Position numbers and translations under genes: made by a program
Shown here: positions 58,959-64,000 of the stretch, piece by piece
How positions within the stretch are numbered: position 1 is the stretch's first letter
How the letters are laid out: the number at the start of each line of letters is the position of its first letter
The notes under the pieces: model-generated
What the model saw: the letters and a program-made list of their open reading frames with translations, nothing else
Database searches by the model: none
What the model was told of the DNA's origin: nothing
DNA from: an uncultured Fibrobacterota bacterium
GTDB taxonomy: Bacteria > Fibrobacterota > Chitinivibrionia > Chitinivibrionales > WJKA01
DNA: 64,000 nucleotides
Assembly (NCBI GenBank): GCA_964589825.1
Contig: CAZPUS010000001.1
Span: 100,486-164,485, forward strand
Direction: 5' to 3'

Positions 58959-59210
58959 TCTCTACATTCTCCACAATAGCATTAACACATGAAAAACTAA
59001 ATCTATTTCAATTAATTTATACGCTTAAGTTCCGTTTATATAAAAATAATACTGTCCCCGAACAAATTACAAATAATATCCATAATTCAGCTGTATCACA
59101 TCACCTCAGCCATTCCTTCATCGCCCTCCTGCACATCTCTTTTTGAAAGCTCTTGTATTGCCTGGCATCCGCTTGGTTATACTTCGTGTATTCGTGCAAT
59201 ATTATTTATA

Positions 59211-59260
59211 CCTGAATTGAGCGGTTTTGTCCGCGGAATCTGCTGCAATCCGCACTAATC
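59211..59260 (+). mobile_element. MITE-like repeat, left-half copy
   Basis: 40/50 identity to 50271-50320; starts CCTGAATTGAGC after TTATA. Confidence 0.7.
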
Positions 59261-59388
59261 CCGACACAGCGGAAGTTCCCCTCCCTTTCGCCTTGTCGAT
59301 TTAAGGAGACTGCCAGTGGTCATGCCGTATTGTCACTCTTCCTCCTTTTTCTTGCGCAACAAACGCAACCACTTGTTTCGCATCTCCT

Positions 59389-59691
59389 TCACGCACCGGA
59401 CACTAACTCTTTCCTGGCTGGGTAAAACGTGTAAAACGAGAACAAAGCGGTCACTTTGATGAAAGTGCAGGAAACTGTACTTTTTTTTGTGCTCTGGCCA
59501 ATAGCGGGACAATTGTATGGATGTGTATATTTCCCTCCGGAAACGCAACGGCTGGGTGGACGACAACAACGTTCTCGAATACAATCGTTCAGTTCAAACA
59601 AAAAAGGTATCTTTCTCGGGCGACAGATATTTTTAGCACTATTTTTACCGGGACGTTTGGTATGCAGGGCACATCGACATGGCTGACTCAT
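59389..59691 (-). CDS. Possible 100-aa Cys-rich basic protein
   Basis: AGGAG RBS 9 nt before ATG 59691; 9 Cys; no recognisable family. Confidence 0.3.
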   Translation of the reverse strand: MSQPCRCALHTKRPGKNSAKNICRPRKIPFLFELNDCIRERCCRPPSRCVSGGKYTHPYNCPAIGQSTKKSTVSCTFIKVTALFSFYTFYPARKELVSGA

Positions 59692-59733
59692 ACTATTGTT
59701 CTCCTGGTGTTTCTCCCGGTATCGCACACAGCC

Positions 59734-62094
59734 TTACTCTTCAGATTCATTCAGTTGTTGCTCGAGCTGTTTTATCTTTTCATCAAGTTTCTCTTCCTCT
59801 TCTTTCTGTTTTTCGATTACTTCCCTTTCTTTCTGCGTTGCCATCATCTCTTCGGCTCTGGCAAGTGCGTATTCCGCATCGTCAAGAATCTTCTCTTTTC
59901 GTCTTAGAAACTTCGTATGTGATTTGGCCTTGAGGGTGTACTCAAAAAACTGTTCATCCTTCTGCGCAAAATCCTCATACTCCTGCTCCAGTTGCTCACG
60001 CTCCTTAAGTGTCTGTGCCACCGGTCTGGTCATCGCATTCTTCTTTATATTTTCGGCTACCGGTTCAAACTCATCGACCGTTTCCTCGTACATGTTTTTG
60101 CGCCGCTGCAGGTCCGAGTCGGTGATATAATCATCATTGCAGAGCTCGACACATTTATCAAGCATCTCTTTTGCCGTAGTATAGCGCTGGAGCAAAATGT
60201 TTGCATACCCTTTCAGAAGATATACCTCGGGAAGAAAAGGCGACTCCGGATGATTGTTAATCAACGGAGTGAGTACTTTGAGACATAACTTCGGCTTCTG
60301 TACCTTTATCCATGACCACGCCATACCGATAAGCGCTTCTTCACGATACGGGGAAGATGCACTGACCTTCTGGTATGCTTCTACCGCCTGTCGCAATTTA
60401 ACCTGTTCGAAGTAGAGGTGACCAAGTTTTGTGTTGGCTGCATCAATAAGAAGTAGGTGATCCTGCTTCATGCTTGTATCCTGCACAATCGACTGCAGAT
60501 TCTGCATGGCCGCCTTAGGTCTTTCCTCTTCTATATTGATAATCGAAAGCGTATATTGTGCGTAAAGATATGCCGGGTCACCCGGTTCGAGCCGGTTAAA
60601 AAGCCGCCTGGCCGATTCGTAATTCTTCTGTGTGAAATAGATCTCACCGGCAAGGTAATCCGCATCGGTACGGATATCGCTATCAGGATACAAATTGACT
60701 ATAAACGCATGCCGCTTCAATGCACTCTCATAATCACCTTCGCTGTAATCGAGTTGCATAAGCCCGTAGAGGTATTTAGGTCGCATCTGAGATGCCGAAT
60801 AATTGTCAAGCCCCTCGCTGTACATATCGTGTGCAATCGATTTCATGCGAAGAAACCGATAACAATTACCCATGAAATACATGACCTTATCATTAAGATG
60901 GAAATTCGGAAAGAGCGTCATCACTTTGCCGAAAGCAAACGAAGCTTCCCAATACTTGCCTTCAACGTACAATTTCATGGCCTCGTTGTAGGCATTCTGC
61001 GGCTCTGCAATCAGCTGGTTATAAAGCCGCCGTGATTCACGCTGCTCGCGGGTGGGTCCGACGTCACCCGAAATCTTGGCCATAAGGGTAAAACCTCTGG
61101 GATCAACCCCCATATCGGTCAACAAACCACTGAACGCATATCCGACATCAAAATCGGCAACGATATAGTTTATTGCCTCGGGCAGCGGAAACATGAGATT
61201 TGTTTTTACTCCCACGTAGGAGATATTATTATTGGTCCATCCGCCCTTGAGCCATATCTGGGGAATAAATTCATATTTCACGTGTGCCCCGTAACGAGGG
61301 ATAACAGGGGCAGACTCATTTTCAAGACTGTCAAGCAGATTCACCCAGATATCTCCGAAGATATTATCTATTACCACCTCGACATCCGCAACCAGTATGT
61401 CGTTGAATGCGCTGTAACGAATTCCCGTACGCATCCGTGGAGTAACGGGGTAGCTTGCTATAGACTCCCATTCGATCTGAGCCGGGATGACATCCTGCAG
61501 ATTGACACTAAAACCGAGGTCCCCATACAGATAGTGATCAATCGGATTGAAATAAACGCCAAGATCGATACCTGGCACTTTACTGACTTTCCACTCTTTG
61601 TACTGGTTCTGAATCCAAAATTTAAGATTTGTACCGGCCATAAGCCAGGGAAGAATTTTAAGCCCATAATTCGCAGTGATCCAGTAATCTCCGAACGGAA
61701 TCATTGAAACGTCATCATCGTTGAATTCTGTCCGTTCCTTGATCTGCGCGCCCCCCGCGATTGCGGTGATACCGAATGTATGGTTCATTCGTACAGGAGC
61801 ATAAAACCCGAGTTGCTTGTACCCCCACGGCGCCAGTAAACCAGCCCAGCTGTACATACCGACATCGAAATGGTACTGATTAACACCATGCAGAAGCGCA
61901 GGGTTGACAAGGGCAGACGTATAGTCCGAAAGTTTCTGGTAACAGTCCGACTGCAGATATGGTGCCGGATATCCACCACTTCCCTCGGCCTCAAGCGCCA
62001 TGGTTCTTTGCAAACTTCCCGCAAGGAGCACAACAGTTAATACGATCCCTGAAATGCTTGATAAATTGCTGGCTTTTCTTTTCATATTTTTCAC
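59734..62094 (-). CDS. PorV-like beta-barrel fused to TPR repeats
   Basis: Signal peptide; SALVNPALL..., barrel strands (GIDLGVYF, LGFSVNLQD); BamD-like TPR half (AYNEAMKLY...AFGKV...FP). Confidence 0.75.
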   Translation of the reverse strand: MKNMKRKASNLSSISGIVLTVVLLAGSLQRTMALEAEGSGGYPAPYLQSDCYQKLSDYTSALVNPALLHGVNQYHFDVGMYSWAGLLAPWGYKQLGFYAPVRMNHTFGITAIAGGAQIKERTEFNDDDVSMIPFGDYWITANYGLKILPWLMAGTNLKFWIQNQYKEWKVSKVPGIDLGVYFNPIDHYLYGDLGFSVNLQDVIPAQIEWESIASYPVTPRMRTGIRYSAFNDILVADVEVVIDNIFGDIWVNLLDSLENESAPVIPRYGAHVKYEFIPQIWLKGGWTNNNISYVGVKTNLMFPLPEAINYIVADFDVGYAFSGLLTDMGVDPRGFTLMAKISGDVGPTREQRESRRLYNQLIAEPQNAYNEAMKLYVEGKYWEASFAFGKVMTLFPNFHLNDKVMYFMGNCYRFLRMKSIAHDMYSEGLDNYSASQMRPKYLYGLMQLDYSEGDYESALKRHAFIVNLYPDSDIRTDADYLAGEIYFTQKNYESARRLFNRLEPGDPAYLYAQYTLSIINIEEERPKAAMQNLQSIVQDTSMKQDHLLLIDAANTKLGHLYFEQVKLRQAVEAYQKVSASSPYREEALIGMAWSWIKVQKPKLCLKVLTPLINNHPESPFLPEVYLLKGYANILLQRYTTAKEMLDKCVELCNDDYITDSDLQRRKNMYEETVDEFEPVAENIKKNAMTRPVAQTLKEREQLEQEYEDFAQKDEQFFEYTLKAKSHTKFLRRKEKILDDAEYALARAEEMMATQKEREVIEKQKEEEEKLDEKIKQLEQQLNESEE

Positions 62095-62126
62095 GATTAT
62101 GATCCTTATTTATATCCAACAATACA

Positions 62127-63629
62127 TTAATTGATTGGCACGATCTCTACACGTCTGTTCTTCGCGCGACCCTGCGCAGTCTCATTGGTAGCAATAGGCT
62201 TGTCTTCGCCATAACCCTTGGCAATCAATCGATCGGCGGAGATACCGCGCTCTACGAAATACTCCTTCACCGCTTTCGCTCTTTTATAGGAAAGCACCCT
62301 GTTATAATCGGCTCCACCCCGATTGTCGGTATGACCGGCGATTTCGAATTTCTTGTTTTCAAACGCTTCAAGGCTGTTAAATACTTTGTCAAGTACCGGA
62401 TAGGACTCTTTAAGGATCTGGGCACTTCCTGTTTTAAAATGAACGCCCCGCAATGTAAGCTTCTTTGTGATCTTTTTGGGTTCTTCATCCGGACAGCCGT
62501 CCTTATCCTTGAATCCATTAACCGTTTCAGGGTTATTAGGACATTTATCGCGATCATCAACGATGCCATCCTTGTCATTGTCGTTGTCCGGACAGCCGTC
62601 CTGATCCTGGAACCCGTCCTTATCTTCCGCTTCATCCGGACAGGCGTCATCTTTGTCGTAAATGCCATCATTATCGTTGTCATAATCGGGACATCCATCC
62701 TCATCCTGAAACCCATCCATATCTTCCGCAACCTTGGGACATTGATCGATATCGTCGAGGATGCCGTCTCCATCCGCATCCTTGCTCAGCTGCATTACTA
62801 CTTCAGCCGGCATCAGCCCGATATCCGAATTGTTCTGTCCCTGCTCCTTGCATGGCGATGTCTGCTTTACATAATAATTGAATTTCGGAAATCCGGGAGA
62901 TATGAATTTCGGATCCTTGCTGATATTCGTTTTATCAACCCGTGCGATAGGATTGAAAGGAGCGCGGTTATTATAGATATTGTTATAAACGACACGTGTT
63001 TTCTTGGCACCGGGCCCCACAAAAACCGCATACTGTTTATTGCCCATAATAATATTATTATGTATCGCCACCGCAGTATGGTGCGCCGCAAAGATTCCGC
63101 AATAGCCGTTCTCGACGATCACGTTATGATCGATCGCGGTACGGGTGCCACGCACAGATTCGAGGAATATACCTGTCCATTTGTTACGATAAATAATGTT
63201 GTTCTCTATTTGAGGAAGCGACATAATTGCATGTATGCCGGTTCCTTTATTGTCGAGTATTATGTTGCGCTTGATAACAGGCCGGGTATTTTTACACAGT
63301 ATCCCCTTTTCACCGTTCGTTATCGTAAATTTCATGATGGTTGCATTTTCTGCTCCAACTATGACCGGTCCTTCTCCGCCTCCGTTGATTATTGTTTTGG
63401 TCTTGTCCTGTCCCTCGAGTATTACATCGGGTTTTAATGAGATGTTCTCATGATAGGTACCGTTTTTAACATAAACGGTATCTCCTGCGGATGCCTGTTG
63501 AATCGCCTTGAAAATCGTGGGGAAATCATGAGGGACAAGAATTTTTCGCGCCTGCTGCGCCTGGGAAGTCACGAGCACGTTGCACAACACAAAAAGGGAC
63601 ATCATTCTGAACCATTTTCTTATTTCCAT
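62127..63629 (-). CDS. Right-handed beta-helix + TSP type-3 repeats + OmpA peptidoglycan-binding domain
   Basis: VPHDFPTI..AI..A..GDTV.V.NGTY.E beta-helix start; DxDxDG...CP repeats; GHTD...N..LS..RA..V..Y and GYGE..P...N.T..GRA.NRRVE. ATG 63629 follows an RBS. Confidence 0.9.
   Translation of the reverse strand: MEIRKWFRMMSLFVLCNVLVTSQAQQARKILVPHDFPTIFKAIQQASAGDTVYVKNGTYHENISLKPDVILEGQDKTKTIINGGGEGPVIVGAENATIMKFTITNGEKGILCKNTRPVIKRNIILDNKGTGIHAIMSLPQIENNIIYRNKWTGIFLESVRGTRTAIDHNVIVENGYCGIFAAHHTAVAIHNNIIMGNKQYAVFVGPGAKKTRVVYNNIYNNRAPFNPIARVDKTNISKDPKFISPGFPKFNYYVKQTSPCKEQGQNNSDIGLMPAEVVMQLSKDADGDGILDDIDQCPKVAEDMDGFQDEDGCPDYDNDNDGIYDKDDACPDEAEDKDGFQDQDGCPDNDNDKDGIVDDRDKCPNNPETVNGFKDKDGCPDEEPKKITKKLTLRGVHFKTGSAQILKESYPVLDKVFNSLEAFENKKFEIAGHTDNRGGADYNRVLSYKRAKAVKEYFVERGISADRLIAKGYGEDKPIATNETAQGRAKNRRVEIVPIN
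62487..62780 (-). repeat. Three tandem ~33-aa TSP3-type Ca-binding repeats
   Basis: D.D.DGI.D..D.CP...ED.DGFQD.DGCPD x3 (~99-bp period). Confidence 0.88.
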
Positions 63630-64000
63630 GGCACGTACTTTCCTCGCTATTTTTTTTGATTGCGTTATTTCTCGCACTTAAAAAATGTTAGAAATTTGTA
63701 AGGATTCTGTGTTACTAATGTCCTAATATACTAAAAAACAAGAAAAAAAACTGCATTCTCGATTATTTTACGTGTGAAAGACCACATCACTTTCTAATTC
63801 TTCTTCCTTGATAGATAAAATATTTTTCGTTGCACACAAATGCAAATTTTGTTTTGAGTTACACATGCCGTCAAAACACTTGTAACCGCAGTTTCTCAGC
63901 ACACCGTTTTTTCTGCCGTGGGTTCCGGTCCCATGTTTACTCTCCCTTTTGAATCTGCTGCCTGCACACGCTTTCTCCTGCAAAAGACCATGTCCCCATA

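Noticed and set aside
59456-59686. Plus-strand 76-aa ORF with an LYGC lipobox-like motif
   Set aside because: Antisense to the operon direction, no RBS, no hydrophobic core typical of a lipoprotein signal.
63768-63983. 71-aa minus-strand ORF at the window end
   Set aside because: No recognisable motif or RBS; it may belong to sequence beyond the window.
1-64000. CRISPR array, prophage, integrase or transposase
   Set aside because: No regularly spaced repeat-spacer pattern and no recognisable cas, phage or transposase ORFs.

Overview
Chromosomal window of a flagellated diderm bacterium, most consistent with Fibrobacterota, class Chitinivibrionia. This is inferred from a T9SS-like C-terminal domain on a cellulase, a PorV-like barrel, an Agl-Glt-like gene block and a short flagellin. 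Housekeeping genes: gap-pgk-tpiA-secG-tRNA-Leu, rlmN, thiC, kdsA, tadA, groES/EL, tRNA-Val/Asp and ugd. Accessory genes: a sugar ABC importer, two cyclic-dinucleotide phosphodiesterase-type genes (HD-GYP, PgpH-like) and many envelope hypotheticals. No CRISPR array, prophage, transposase or reverse transcriptase was seen. Five observations stand out. (1) A 195-bp near-perfect direct repeat (5' end of an HD-GYP gene) brackets a GH9-CBM3c cellulase, leaving an intact HD-GYP gene plus a stand-alone copy of its N-terminal domain. (2) An unannotated dispersed MITE-like family (12-bp TIR CCTGAATTGAGC, one copy with a perfect TTAAA target duplication) has five copies or fragments. (3) A ~13-kb Myxococcus Agl-Glt-like trans-envelope motor block has unusual parts: an ExbD lacking the proton-accepting Asp, an L7/L12-like N-terminus on the GltG homolog, a PorV-TPR fusion and a beta-helix-TSP3-OmpA protein. 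(4) A Gx/EetB-EcfT/FmnA fusion lies next to a NusG-II/EetA-like gene. (5) A CDS has its stop codon inside tRNA-Val. All domain calls are by-eye motif recognition; no database searches were run.
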